Source of the DNA: a virus
Lineage: Duplodnaviria > Caudoviricetes
Length of the DNA stretch: 62,357 bases
IMG/VR virus record: IMGVR_UViG_3300048576_000443
Location: 1-62,357 of that record
Reading direction: 5' to 3' (one strand)
Shown: in pieces, positions 26,769 to 36,047 of the stretch
How positions within the stretch are numbered: the stretch's first letter is position 1
Layout of the letters: each line of letters begins with the position of its first letter
Notes under the pieces: generated by a model
What the model was told of the DNA's origin: nothing
What the model saw: only the letters and a program-made list of their open reading frames with translations
The model's database searches: none
Position numbers and translations under genes: made by a program

Positions 26769-27605
26769 CTACTCTGAAAGAATCGGCTGAGGTGGGTCAC
26801 TTCGGAAGCTGATGTAATCTGCGTTCCAGCGTTTGTAAAACAAAGACATCTTATAAGTCATTACCTCATCTGAAATAGCAGAGCAATCTATCAGCTCAAT
26901 ATTTTTCCAAGTTCCTGCAGATTCAACAAAAAATTTCTTTTTAAAGACATCAGAAATCTCACTTGCTGCTTTGGTAGCAGCTTTTTCTGACAATAACGGG
27001 TCCGACATTGTGCTATATAAAAGGTCTATTCTGAGCGAATATGGATCATCAGCCCCGTCTCTTACAACATCGTCACCCTCGTCAACATCAAAAAAAACCG
27101 CAAAAACATGTTCCCCTAAAGGCCCTAGGATGTCCGCTAGCTTTTTTGGGAGGCCACATTTGTTTAAACGACGATCAAACTCATCCGGGAAGGCTGTGCG
27201 TCGATACCGTGCCGCAAGCCAATGCTGAAGGGTAGAACGATCTCTCGGCAAAACGGAAACGGAAGGGTCAGGACAAAACTTTCCAATGTCTTCTTTTTTA
27301 ACTAACTTCTTTTCGGTTGCAACAAGCTCACAATAAAAATTGGATTTATCACTCAACAAAGGCAAATGTAGCTTACGGGGATTTTTTGCATGCGTGAAGT
27401 TTCCGTCAGGGACTAAAACTTTACATCCTAGTAATACCTCCACATCCGGTTCTACGCTTGGGTCTTGAGCAATATCACAGTCATGAGAAACAACAATTGC
27501 GATGATTGGATGAGGCTTTGTTGACGACAAGCCTAGAGCAAGGATGGCTTCGTCTGGCAAAACGTGACCTTGACGCCACGGCGTTTGACGGCTCCAGCAA
27601 GTCAT
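26769..27605 (-). CDS. Hypothetical protein, third gene of the TIGR04255 cassette (putative effector)
   Basis: WRQG..IVVSHDCDI..NPRKLHL..WLAARYRRTAFPDEF; low GC. Confidence 0.8.
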   Translation of the reverse strand: MTCWSRQTPWRQGHVLPDEAILALGLSSTKPHPIIAIVVSHDCDIAQDPSVEPDVEVLLGCKVLVPDGNFTHAKNPRKLHLPLLSDKSNFYCELVATEKKLVKKEDIGKFCPDPSVSVLPRDRSTLQHWLAARYRRTAFPDEFDRRLNKCGLPKKLADILGPLGEHVFAVFFDVDEGDDVVRDGADDPYSLRIDLLYSTMSDPLLSEKAATKAASEISDVFKKKFFVESAGTWKNIELIDCSAISDEVMTYKMSLFYKRWNADYISFRSDPPQPILSE

Positions 27606-27611
27606 TAAACG

Positions 27612-28247
27612 TTAGCCTTCCTCTTTAAGCATCGGAATTCCGACGTCCTTGTATACTTCGCGGGATGGATGTGGGCGTCTAGCCAGACGCGCCTGCAACG
27701 CTTCACGCTGATGAACTTCTCGGCGAACAATCTCAATCAGTTTTCTAACCGCCGACTCGGCCGAACCGCCATTTCGGACGATTTCAAATAAATTTTGGCC
27801 ATTAGCAATCGTTCGACGCAGAATTTGTGCAGAAGCCGTCAGCCCTTCCAGAGCAAATAAATCGGCAGCACGGGCAAAATCAGCAAGGCGCTCTGCATTC
27901 TCTGCAGAAATTGGCTTTCCGGCTTGCCAATCATAGACTGCTTGCCTGGATACAGCGAAAGATTTTGCAAGGTCAATCATCGTCGGATTAAATATATCAC
28001 GTATCTTTGACATGTCCTCCGCAGGTGTGCGGATAAAAACCGCAAGGTCTCTGGTTGTCTCACACTCATAGTGAGCAACAGCATATCCTTTTGAACCCCT
28101 TTGTCTGAGGTAGTCTATCGTAGATCCTCCACCTGTACCAACTTGTAACCCAATTGTCAAAGCTAGGACAATGGCCGCCTTAGAGCCTGGGAGATATGAA
28201 ACGTAACCAGAGCGCAAGGGTGTTTGCGTGGAGCACTTGGTATACAT
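27612..28247 (-). CDS. Xre-HTH protein, middle gene of the TIGR04255 cassette
   Basis: DLAKSFAVSRQAVYDWQAG HTH; N-terminal hydrophobic stretch ending GTGG. Confidence 0.75.
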   Translation of the reverse strand: MYTKCSTQTPLRSGYVSYLPGSKAAIVLALTIGLQVGTGGGSTIDYLRQRGSKGYAVAHYECETTRDLAVFIRTPAEDMSKIRDIFNPTMIDLAKSFAVSRQAVYDWQAGKPISAENAERLADFARAADLFALEGLTASAQILRRTIANGQNLFEIVRNGGSAESAVRKLIEIVRREVHQREALQARLARRPHPSREVYKDVGIPMLKEEG

Positions 28248-28251
28248 ACAG

Positions 28252-29043
28252 TTATTTCCAAATATCCCGGGCATGTTCGGTGATAGCGGCACGAAAAACT
28301 TCAGTAATTTTCTCATGAATTAAATCAAGGCACTCGGATATATATTTTACGTCTACCGGCTTTCGCTCAGACACCGAACCATCCGTATCAAGGATGGCAT
28401 GCTTTCCTTCTGAGCATTTAAATCGTTCAGGAACATTCAACGTCATTGGCAAAAGGTCAGGCGGAAAGCCTATTCTACCATTTTGGATAATTGCCCGAGC
28501 GATAACATTCATTTTCTCTGCCTGTATGACAGTCTCAGAAAAAGAATGCACAACATTTCCTGAAATCTTTTCATACAAACCCAACAAGGATCTGTCCAAA
28601 TAATTGGCCAGAACCTCCCCATCTCTTGGAAATATTGCGTCAAGATATCGTACGCCTATTCGTTCTACGAAGCTTAACTCGACGGCCGTATGAACAGCCT
28701 CTAACCCTTTAAGGAACTCACGCGAGAAAGTTTTGAAAATATCGTAATCCGTTGTCTGATATGATAGCGCGTTCTCATCTAAAACAAAACTAGCGGTCCT
28801 TTCCATATTATAAAATGTAAAACGTTTTGTTTGAGCAACAGGGAGCTGCGGAGAGCTATCCTCAGTCGGAGCGGCTGGATTAAGCTGAAAAGTCGAAAGA
28901 ATCCCTTTTTCAAAATCGGGATATCCCTGCTTTCGTAAAATTTCTTGAATTTTTGGTGCATACGATTCAAGCGCCAAAATGGGGTTGAACCGAGCCTGCA
29001 CAATGGTAAAGTATACCGGAGCGTGCACCATTTTTTTTTCCAT
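28252..29043 (-). CDS. TIGR04255 family protein
   Basis: APVYFTIVQARF, TTDYDIF, ERIGVRYLD, ILDTDG. Confidence 0.8.
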   Translation of the reverse strand: MEKKMVHAPVYFTIVQARFNPILALESYAPKIQEILRKQGYPDFEKGILSTFQLNPAAPTEDSSPQLPVAQTKRFTFYNMERTASFVLDENALSYQTTDYDIFKTFSREFLKGLEAVHTAVELSFVERIGVRYLDAIFPRDGEVLANYLDRSLLGLYEKISGNVVHSFSETVIQAEKMNVIARAIIQNGRIGFPPDLLPMTLNVPERFKCSEGKHAILDTDGSVSERKPVDVKYISECLDLIHEKITEVFRAAITEHARDIWK

Positions 29044-29074
29044 AGCCAACCCCTTTTGTTGCCAGTCTAGTTTT

Positions 29075-29103
29075 ACTTTACATCTCACTTGACACTCTGT
29101 CAA
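29075..29103 (-). promoter_or_regulatory. Sigma70 promoter of the TIGR04255 cassette with a palindromic operator
   Basis: TTGACA-17bp-TAAAGT; palindrome TTGACA-CTC-TGTCAA covers the -35. Confidence 0.7.
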
Positions 29104-29469
29104 CTGGGTTTTAACTCAAAATCGTTTCTTGCCTCACACCCAGATCACCGCGCCACTCCCCAATTCGAACACGTTCACTTGTATGCACCCGGCACCTTTT
29201 TAGAAAGAAAACACGAAAGCACGAAATAATGATACTTGGACAGGGTGAGGCTGGCTGTCGCGCCGCACGCGAGAGGTCGTGAGGTAAGCCTGTTTTTCGG
29301 CTCAAGGGCCGCATTGTGGCAACTTTCGGCCTTCGCTATCATCTCAGGGGGTTGTGCTTTGTGTAATTCTCTTTTCCCAACCGCCAAAGCTTTTCAAACT
29401 ACGCCTTCCTTCGTAAGGGCTTTGGGTTCCAACCCTGCCGGAATTTTCAGCACTATACGGACACGGCCG

Positions 29470-29534
29470 TGTCCGCAAATGTCCGGATTTGGCCGCAAAT
29501 GTCCGGCCCGCATCTCTTGATTCCCCGGTAAGAT
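29470..29534 (+). promoter_or_regulatory. Late promoter 1 (activator-binding tandem repeat + -10)
   Basis: TGTCCGCAAATGTCCGGATTTGGCCGCAAATGTCCGGC, then TAAGAT. Confidence 0.75.
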
Positions 29535-29600
29535 GCTCTCCCAAAAGGGGCCGCCCGTCGTCATCACGAGGTCGCGGCGGCCCACCACTTGGGAGGCCGC

Positions 29601-30605
29601 ATGTCCACGCCCGTCACGCCGGAATCAATCAAAAAGACCTTCCCGGTCGCCGTTTCCCTGGTCCAGGCCGAAGAGGGGTTCAGGGCCGAACCCTACAAGT
29701 GTTCAGAGGGTTTTTGGACCATCGGCTATGGCTACAATCTCCAGGCCCACGGCTACACCACGGCCGACTTCACCGGCTGGAGGTGGACGCGCGACCACGC
29801 CGAGGCAGTGCTTCTCGACGAAATGGTGGACGTTGTTTCCTCCCTGGACGCCCGCTACCCGCTGTGGCGGGAGCGACTGAGCGAGACGCGCGAGGCCGTG
29901 GTTATCTCGGCGGTTTACCAGATGGGGATAGCCGGGGCCTCGAAGTTCAAGGACACCATCGCCGCGATCCGCAGACAGGACTGGCCGGGCGCCGCAGCCT
30001 GCATGATGCGCAGCAAGTGGGCCTCGCAAGACGCCGAGCGCGTCAAGCGCAACTGCGAAATGCTTATCACCGACACGATGCCCACGGAGGTGCGCGGTGC
30101 GAAAATCCTTCGGCCCTCCCAGCCCTCGCCCTCCGATCCGTCGCCGGTTCAGGATGTGGATGCAGCACCGGCTGAACCCCATGCACCTGCAATGCCGACT
30201 CCTGGACCTGGGGATGGACAAGCCCCGGGCGAAGCGGTGGGCCAGGAAATGGGAACGCCTGTACCGGAGGATGTTCCCGCAGGCCCTCCCACCGGCCTGA
30301 CGTCCGCGACATCCGCTCTCTCCACGGCCTGGGACGCCGCAAAGCTGGTCCTCTCCCGGGTCGGCAACGTCTCCGCGCTCATCGGCAAGTCTCCGGCCAG
30401 CTACGGCGCAGGCGGCATGCTGGCCATGCTGGTGGGCAAGGTGTCCATCGAAGGCAACATCCGGATTTTCGACCACACTTTTTACTACCAGGACGGCGAC
30501 ATCCTGGCCGCCTTGGCCGCCCTGGGCCTTGTCCTGTGGGGCGTGGCCGGGAAGGCCATCCGGGCGCAAATCGGCGAGATCAAGAAGGAGAATCCCCATG
30601 CGTAA
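29601..30605 (+). CDS. Endolysin (GH24/T4-type lysozyme) with Pro-rich linker and hydrophobic C-terminus
   Basis: EEGFRAEPYKCSEGFWTIGYG..YQMG..SKW. Confidence 0.88.
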   Translation: MSTPVTPESIKKTFPVAVSLVQAEEGFRAEPYKCSEGFWTIGYGYNLQAHGYTTADFTGWRWTRDHAEAVLLDEMVDVVSSLDARYPLWRERLSETREAVVISAVYQMGIAGASKFKDTIAAIRRQDWPGAAACMMRSKWASQDAERVKRNCEMLITDTMPTEVRGAKILRPSQPSPSDPSPVQDVDAAPAEPHAPAMPTPGPGDGQAPGEAVGQEMGTPVPEDVPAGPPTGLTSATSALSTAWDAAKLVLSRVGNVSALIGKSPASYGAGGMLAMLVGKVSIEGNIRIFDHTFYYQDGDILAALAALGLVLWGVAGKAIRAQIGEIKKENPHA

Positions 30606-30954
30606 GCTCATCGTCCTGGTGCTCGTGGCTTCCCTGGCCTGCGCCTCGTGCCTGCCGTCCGTGCTCACCGGAGGGTCCGGACCTCCCACCCTGGGCCCTG
30701 ACGCCCCGGCCGATTCCGAAACCATCGCCCCGCCCGAGGAAAAATCCGGTTCCAAGATCAAATCCGGCGTGGCCTGGCTGTGGGCCTGCGTGGTCGCGCT
30801 GAAGGCGCGTGGCGTGGCCCACGATGCTCTGGCCGAGCTTCGGGCCACGATCATGGACATCGGCCGGCTGGCCGCCGAGGGAAGCACACAGGCCGCTTTG
30901 GCGCTTTTTGATCGTGCCCGCGATCTGGCTGCCAACCTCAAGGGCGGCGAATAG
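30598..30954 (+). CDS. Lipoprotein (spanin-like candidate)
   Basis: MRKLIVLVLVASLACASC lipobox; lies in the lysis module. Confidence 0.55.
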   Translation: MRKLIVLVLVASLACASCLPSVLTGGSGPPTLGPDAPADSETIAPPEEKSGSKIKSGVAWLWACVVALKARGVAHDALAELRATIMDIGRLAAEGSTQAALALFDRARDLAANLKGGE

Positions 30955-30956
30955 CC

Positions 30957-31880
30957 GTGGCTTCCTGCATCGTCTCCATCGACGGCGGGGGCATCAAGGG
31001 CTACCTCCCGGCGCTTGTCCTGGCCGGGATCGAGTCGCAGGCCGGGAAGAAAGTCGGCGACATGGCCGGGGTCTTGGCCGGGACATCAACGGGCGCGATC
31101 CTGGCCCTCGGGCTTGCCGCCGGAATTTCCGCCGCCGACATGGCCGAGTTCTACCGCCTCAAGGGCCCGGCGATCTTTCGCAAGCCCCTGGGGAAGCGCC
31201 TGACCTCGCTTTTCGGCCTTGCCGATGAGCAGTACGGCAACGAGGGCTTGCGCCGGGGCCTGGATGAGATTTTCGGCGACCGCATGTTTTCGCAGCTTGG
31301 GCCATGCTGCATGGTCTGCGCCTACGACATCGAGGCGCGCAAAACCCGCTTTTTCGCCTCCTGGGAAGCCGAGCGTGATTCGTCCCGGGATTACCGGCTG
31401 GTCGATCTGGCCATGGCCTCAAGCGCAGCCCCCACCTATTTCGAGCCTGTCGAGATCGTCAGCGCCAGCGGCGACCGCATGTCCTGCATCGACGGCGGCG
31501 TCGCCGCCAACAACCCCTCCCTGGCCGCCCTGATCGAAGCCAAAAAGGCCGGGTGGAATCTCGACGGGACACGCCTTGTCTCCCTGGGCACGGGCCGCGA
31601 GGACCGGCCGTATCTGGCCGCTAAGGCCCGGGGCTGGGGCCTGGCCAAGTGGGCGCGCCCACTGCTCGACGTGCTGTTTTCGGCCGCTTCCGAGGTCACG
31701 GATCATCAGTGCCGGGCGCTTTTGGGCGACAGGTACGCGCGGCTGCAACAGGACTTCACCGAACCCGTGGGGATGGATGACACGAGCGCCAGGGCTTTCA
31801 CGATCATGCGCATGTGCGCGGGCAAGATCCTTGAACGGCCGGAGGCGACCCACGCCTTGCGGCTTCTGGAGGGGGAATAG
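30957..31880 (+). CDS. Patatin-like phospholipase
   Basis: DGGGIKG, GTSTG, SSAAPTYF, DGGVAANNP, SLGTG. Confidence 0.95.
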   Translation: MASCIVSIDGGGIKGYLPALVLAGIESQAGKKVGDMAGVLAGTSTGAILALGLAAGISAADMAEFYRLKGPAIFRKPLGKRLTSLFGLADEQYGNEGLRRGLDEIFGDRMFSQLGPCCMVCAYDIEARKTRFFASWEAERDSSRDYRLVDLAMASSAAPTYFEPVEIVSASGDRMSCIDGGVAANNPSLAALIEAKKAGWNLDGTRLVSLGTGREDRPYLAAKARGWGLAKWARPLLDVLFSAASEVTDHQCRALLGDRYARLQQDFTEPVGMDDTSARAFTIMRMCAGKILERPEATHALRLLEGE

Positions 31881-31883
31881 GCC

Positions 31884-32231
31884 ATGACCCCGATGTCCCC
31901 CGAAACCCCGACACCGGAAAAGGTTGACTGGATCGTGCAGTGGCTTGACGCCGTTCCCGCTGTGGCCCTGGCCTGCATGGGCGGCGTGGTCCGCGCCCTG
32001 GTGGCCCGTCGAAAGAAAACCTGTCGCCCCATCGTCATCGTCATGGACTTGGCGGTTTCGGCGGTTGTGGCCGCCTTCGCCGGGGCCGTGACCTACTTCT
32101 TTCTCGACAGCGCGGACATCTCCCAAGGCGTCAAGGCCGGGCTGTGCGGCATGGCCGGATATTCCGGGACGGAACTCTTGCGGGTGTTCTCGCGGCGGAT
32201 GCTGGTCGCGGCCGGGGACTGTGACGTTTAA
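31884..32231 (+). CDS. Phage holin (three TM segments)
   Basis: GGVVR..AFAGAVTYF..GMAGYSG pattern. Confidence 0.8.
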   Translation: MTPMSPETPTPEKVDWIVQWLDAVPAVALACMGGVVRALVARRKKTCRPIVIVMDLAVSAVVAAFAGAVTYFFLDSADISQGVKAGLCGMAGYSGTELLRVFSRRMLVAAGDCDV

Positions 32232-32642
32232 CGCCCACATGGCCGCGAAGGCGGCCGGGGGCTGATATTCGGCCGGCACAGCGCCCCCCACGCCAAAGAC
32301 CGGCCACCGCCAGCCAGGAGGGGATGCCCTGGCCAGATTTTGCCAAAACCTCGCGGCGTCTCGACCCGGACGCCGATATACCCCCGCAGGCCAATAAGCC
32401 GGGGGTGGACGGATAAACGAGCGCCTCTTTTTGGAAGGCATCATCGCCTGAGCCTGGGCCGGGGGAATCCAGCGTTAAGCCCCGTCAACAACGACCGCTG
32501 GCGTGCAAGGCAGGCTCGATATTTCGCGAGGGAGAGGCGGCAACCAAGGCCGATGATGTGGGGTTTCTACGGGTGAGCTGCGCCCTTTGGCGTACACGAT
32601 TTCCCGCACGAATTTGAACGTAAAACGAGGAGGTGATGACCA

Positions 32643-32795
32643 ATGGCGATTCCGAACAGGAGAGGTGTGGCGAGGGTAACGGGACAGGCGGCCGCCAGAA
32701 CGGGCGGCGCCCGTGGCGCGAACCTCATTCGTGCGATGGCGAAGCGCAGCGGAGGCAGCCCCACGATCACGAGGGGCAAGAAGTTCCGCCGTTAA
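32643..32795 (+). CDS. 50-aa Arg/Gly-rich basic peptide (not in the ORF track)
   Basis: AGGAGGTG RBS; MAIPNRRGVARVTGQAAARTGGARGANLIRAMAKRSGGSPTITRGKKFRR. Confidence 0.65.
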   Translation: MAIPNRRGVARVTGQAAARTGGARGANLIRAMAKRSGGSPTITRGKKFRR

Positions 32796-34177
32796 ACCAC
32801 AAACGCTTCGAGCTTGGCGTCAGGCCTCGCCTCCGGCCGGTAGAAATATGTGGTCGGGGGGAGGTCAACGCCAAGCCGGGGCGCAAGATCATGGCCCCAG
32901 AGGCGGCCGTTGCAATGCAGATCAAGCCAGCCTGCTTTTTTCAAAAATCGCTCGGCGAGGGCACCCGAAAGGGGTGTGGCCTTGGGGAACGCTTTGAGCA
33001 GCGCCTCGTAGTCCGCGAGGCATTCCGTTTCCGGGTCGCCTGTAGCCTCCAGGTCGGCCAGGGGATTCGGGGTCTTCGCGGGGCGGCCTGCAAGCCTGGA
33101 GTATTCCACGCCCGGCACCTTCAGGCCCATCTTTTGAGCCACAAAGCCGCCGTCCAGGAACATATCCCCATGGGAAACGAGCTTGAGCGCCCCCAAGAAG
33201 TGGTCTTTTTGCGCCCGATCCTCAAACACGATTTCAAATCGGGAGGCATCGGAAAAATAGATGGACACCCAAAAAGACGGCTCGGTCATCGAGGCGTCTT
33301 TGTTGGCCATTTGCTTGGCCTGGGCGTTCAGGCGCGAATAGCGGTCGGCCGTGGGCATGGCTTTCGCCGCAGCCTTTTTGGGCTGGGGCCTGGAGAAGGT
33401 GAAGCGTTTTTGCGGCTCGGGCTTTGGCGCATCCATCGCGGCCAGGGCCTCGGCCTTGGGCAGCGCCGCCATGGAGCCGTATCGCTCAATCGCCCGCTCC
33501 AGGCGAAAAATCTCCAGATCCATCATCGGGAAAAATTCCAGGCACCGGGCGTAGTCCCGGGGGAAGTGCTTTTTCAGGCCCCATGCATAAAGCAGATAGA
33601 GGCCGTCGAACGTGCGGCCGAAGGCCTTGTATTCCGGGGAAAGCTTTACGTCGTTCGCCTTGAGAGCGTCGAGGATGTCGGGCTTTTTCCAGTCCCAAAT
33701 CGGGTAAAAAACCCGGCGCCCGTTGTTCCACGCCCCGTGTTTCTTGATCGCCGATGCGCGCTGGATCGAGTCGGCCGCGCGAACCCCGATGGCGGTCCAG
33801 GAGTTTTCCGGGATTCCGGCCGAAATTTCGGCCAACCGGCTCACATCGTCCCAATGAAACTGCGGCAGGGCGGCTGCGTGGAGCACCGGATATCTCTCCG
33901 GGGCCTGAAAAACCATCCCGTCCAACATCATGTGCAGCACGGGCGAGGGCAGGCGAACGATCCGCGCGCCCATCTTTTTCTCGCAGTAGGCCAGGTATTC
34001 CTCAACCACCTCAAGCCCGGGCACCATATAGTAATAATACGGAACGATTTCAAAGTGTTCCCGAAGCGCAAAAAAGCATCCCCAAGCGTCCTTGCCTCCG
34101 GAAAACGAAAGCAGGCACTTCTTTGGGTCAGGGCTATTAGCCCGAACATGCTGGATTATTGCGTCTAACGATTGCAT
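32792..34177 (-). CDS. PAPS-reductase-like (PP-loop) protein with additional C-terminal domain(s)
   Basis: LSFSGGKDA PP-loop, GVRAADSIQR, YPIWDW, EY..FGRTFDG. Confidence 0.85.
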   Translation of the reverse strand: MQSLDAIIQHVRANSPDPKKCLLSFSGGKDAWGCFFALREHFEIVPYYYYMVPGLEVVEEYLAYCEKKMGARIVRLPSPVLHMMLDGMVFQAPERYPVLHAAALPQFHWDDVSRLAEISAGIPENSWTAIGVRAADSIQRASAIKKHGAWNNGRRVFYPIWDWKKPDILDALKANDVKLSPEYKAFGRTFDGLYLLYAWGLKKHFPRDYARCLEFFPMMDLEIFRLERAIERYGSMAALPKAEALAAMDAPKPEPQKRFTFSRPQPKKAAAKAMPTADRYSRLNAQAKQMANKDASMTEPSFWVSIYFSDASRFEIVFEDRAQKDHFLGALKLVSHGDMFLDGGFVAQKMGLKVPGVEYSRLAGRPAKTPNPLADLEATGDPETECLADYEALLKAFPKATPLSGALAERFLKKAGWLDLHCNGRLWGHDLAPRLGVDLPPTTYFYRPEARPDAKLEAFVV

Positions 34178-34192
34178 AGGCGGTATTTTCAT

Positions 34193-34654
34193 ATGGAAAA
34201 AGAAAAAAAGCAAGAAAAAAAGTCAAAGAAAAAGAAAAAAACTAAACGCACTAATCGCGGCAAGTACAGCCAGTCCAGGGTGATTAAGGCTATCGAAGGG
34301 ACAGGCGGCATAATAACCGAGATTGCTGCGAAGTTAGGTTGTCAACGCGCGACGGTTTATGCATACCTTGAAAAATTTCCAAAGGTTAAAAAAGCATACG
34401 ACGACGAAAGGGACTCCGTAACAGATGTTGCCCGTGGAAACATTGTAGAGGCAATTTTTAACGGTGACCTTGAAGTCTCTATGTGGTGGTCGTCAAGGCG
34501 TGACCCTGACTTCACGACAAAGCAGCAAATCCAGGCTGATGTCAACAACACCGGCGGCGTTCTCATGGTTCCGGGCGTCGCCACGGATGCCGACGCATGG
34601 AGCAAGGCAGTCCAGGAGCAGCAAGCCGCCATAATCGGGAAGGTGGATGGCTAA
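34193..34654 (+). CDS. Terminase small subunit
   Basis: HTH AIEGTGGIITEIAAKLGCQRATVYAY; directly upstream of the large subunit. Confidence 0.75.
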   Translation: MEKEKKQEKKSKKKKKTKRTNRGKYSQSRVIKAIEGTGGIITEIAAKLGCQRATVYAYLEKFPKVKKAYDDERDSVTDVARGNIVEAIFNGDLEVSMWWSSRRDPDFTTKQQIQADVNNTGGVLMVPGVATDADAWSKAVQEQQAAIIGKVDG

Positions 34655-36047
34655 GGTCACGTGGGCGCCGCAAGCCGGGTCGCAGACTCTCTTCCTGGCC
34701 TGCCCGATCTTTGAATGCCTGTACGAAGGCACGCGTGGCCCCGGCAAGACGGACGCCTTGCTTATGGACTTCGCCCAACACGTCGGTCAGGGGTTCGGCG
34801 CGGCGTGGAGAGGGATTTTGTTCCGCCGGGAGTACAAGGAGCTTGCGGACGTAGTAACCAAGTCGAAGAAGTGGTTTCGCCAGATATTTCCCAAGGCAAG
34901 ATTCCTTGAGAGCCAGTCTGATTACAAGTGGCGCTTTGCGGATGGCGAAGAACTGCTCTTTCGCACGGCGAAAGTAAAAGACGACTACTGGAACTACCAC
35001 GGCCATGAATATCCATGGATAGGATGGGAGGAACTCACCAACTGGGCAAGCTCTGGCCTTTACGAAGACATGACGTCGGTTTGCCGGTCATCGCATCCCG
35101 GCGTCCCTCGCAAGTACAGGGCCACGGCCAACCCCTACGGGGCCGGGCACAACTGGGTAAAAGCCAGATTCATTGACCCTGCGCCGCGAGGGGTTGTTGT
35201 CCGGGATGAGCATGGGCGGCCGAGGGTGTGCATCCATGGTTCGATCTGCGAAAACAAGATCCTTCTGGCGGCGGACCCGGAATACATCAAAAACATTGAG
35301 GCCGTTACGGATGAGAACAAGCGCAAGGCGTGGCTTCACGGGGATTGGAACATCACGGCCGGAGGCGCGATTGACGACTTGTGGCGCAAATCCGTCCACG
35401 AGATTCCGCCGTTTGCGGTCCCAAAGTCCTGGCGCGTGGACAGGTCTTTCGATTGGGGTTCGAGTCATCCGTTTTCCGTGTGCTGGTGGGCCGAGTCGGA
35501 TGGAACGGAGGCCACTTTGCGAGACGGGACGCGGAAGTCATGGCCCCGGGGAACCCTCTTCCTGGTTGCGGAGTATTACGGCTGGAACGGCAAACCGAAC
35601 GAGGGATGCCGGATGATCGCCACGGACATCGCCCGGAAGATCGTGGAGGCCGAAAAGGGGTTCTCGTTCAAGGTCGTCCCTGGCCCGGCCGACGGCTCAA
35701 TTTTTGAGGCCCAAAATGGCGTCTGCATCGGCGACGACATGGCCCGGGTCGGGGTCCGGTGGGATCGAGCGGACAAGTCCTCCGGGAGCCGCGTGAACGG
35801 GCTTGAGCGGTTCAGGAAATTTCTTTCGGCCTCGTGCAAGACCCCCATGGAAGAGCCGGGATTTTTCGTTTTCGATACCTGCCGGCACTTTCTCCGCACG
35901 GTCCCGGTCCTGCCCCGCAGCGAAAAGAATTGGGACGACATCGACACCGACGCCGAAGACCACATTTACGACGCCACGCGATACCGGATTCTGGAGAAAA
36001 CCCGCACCTTCAGTTCCCAGCAACAAACCGGGGGATTCAGGAGATGA
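34647..36047 (+). CDS. Terminase large subunit
   Basis: EGTRGPGKT, WEELT, ATANP, FDWG, EDHIYDATRY. Confidence 0.93.
   Translation: MAKVTWAPQAGSQTLFLACPIFECLYEGTRGPGKTDALLMDFAQHVGQGFGAAWRGILFRREYKELADVVTKSKKWFRQIFPKARFLESQSDYKWRFADGEELLFRTAKVKDDYWNYHGHEYPWIGWEELTNWASSGLYEDMTSVCRSSHPGVPRKYRATANPYGAGHNWVKARFIDPAPRGVVVRDEHGRPRVCIHGSICENKILLAADPEYIKNIEAVTDENKRKAWLHGDWNITAGGAIDDLWRKSVHEIPPFAVPKSWRVDRSFDWGSSHPFSVCWWAESDGTEATLRDGTRKSWPRGTLFLVAEYYGWNGKPNEGCRMIATDIARKIVEAEKGFSFKVVPGPADGSIFEAQNGVCIGDDMARVGVRWDRADKSSGSRVNGLERFRKFLSASCKTPMEEPGFFVFDTCRHFLRTVPVLPRSEKNWDDIDTDAEDHIYDATRYRILEKTRTFSSQQQTGGFRR

Noticed and set aside
30957-31880. CBASS operon (CapV-like patatin)
   Set aside because: No CD-NTase or Cap2/Cap3 gene anywhere in the window
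32633-34168. 511-aa plus-strand ORF
   Set aside because: Antisense shadow of the PP-loop gene with no motifs; the RBS fits the 50-aa peptide in another frame
32792-34177. Dnd/Ssp phosphorothioation system
   Set aside because: Only a PP-loop domain; no cysteine desulfurase, DndD/E or Ssp partners nearby
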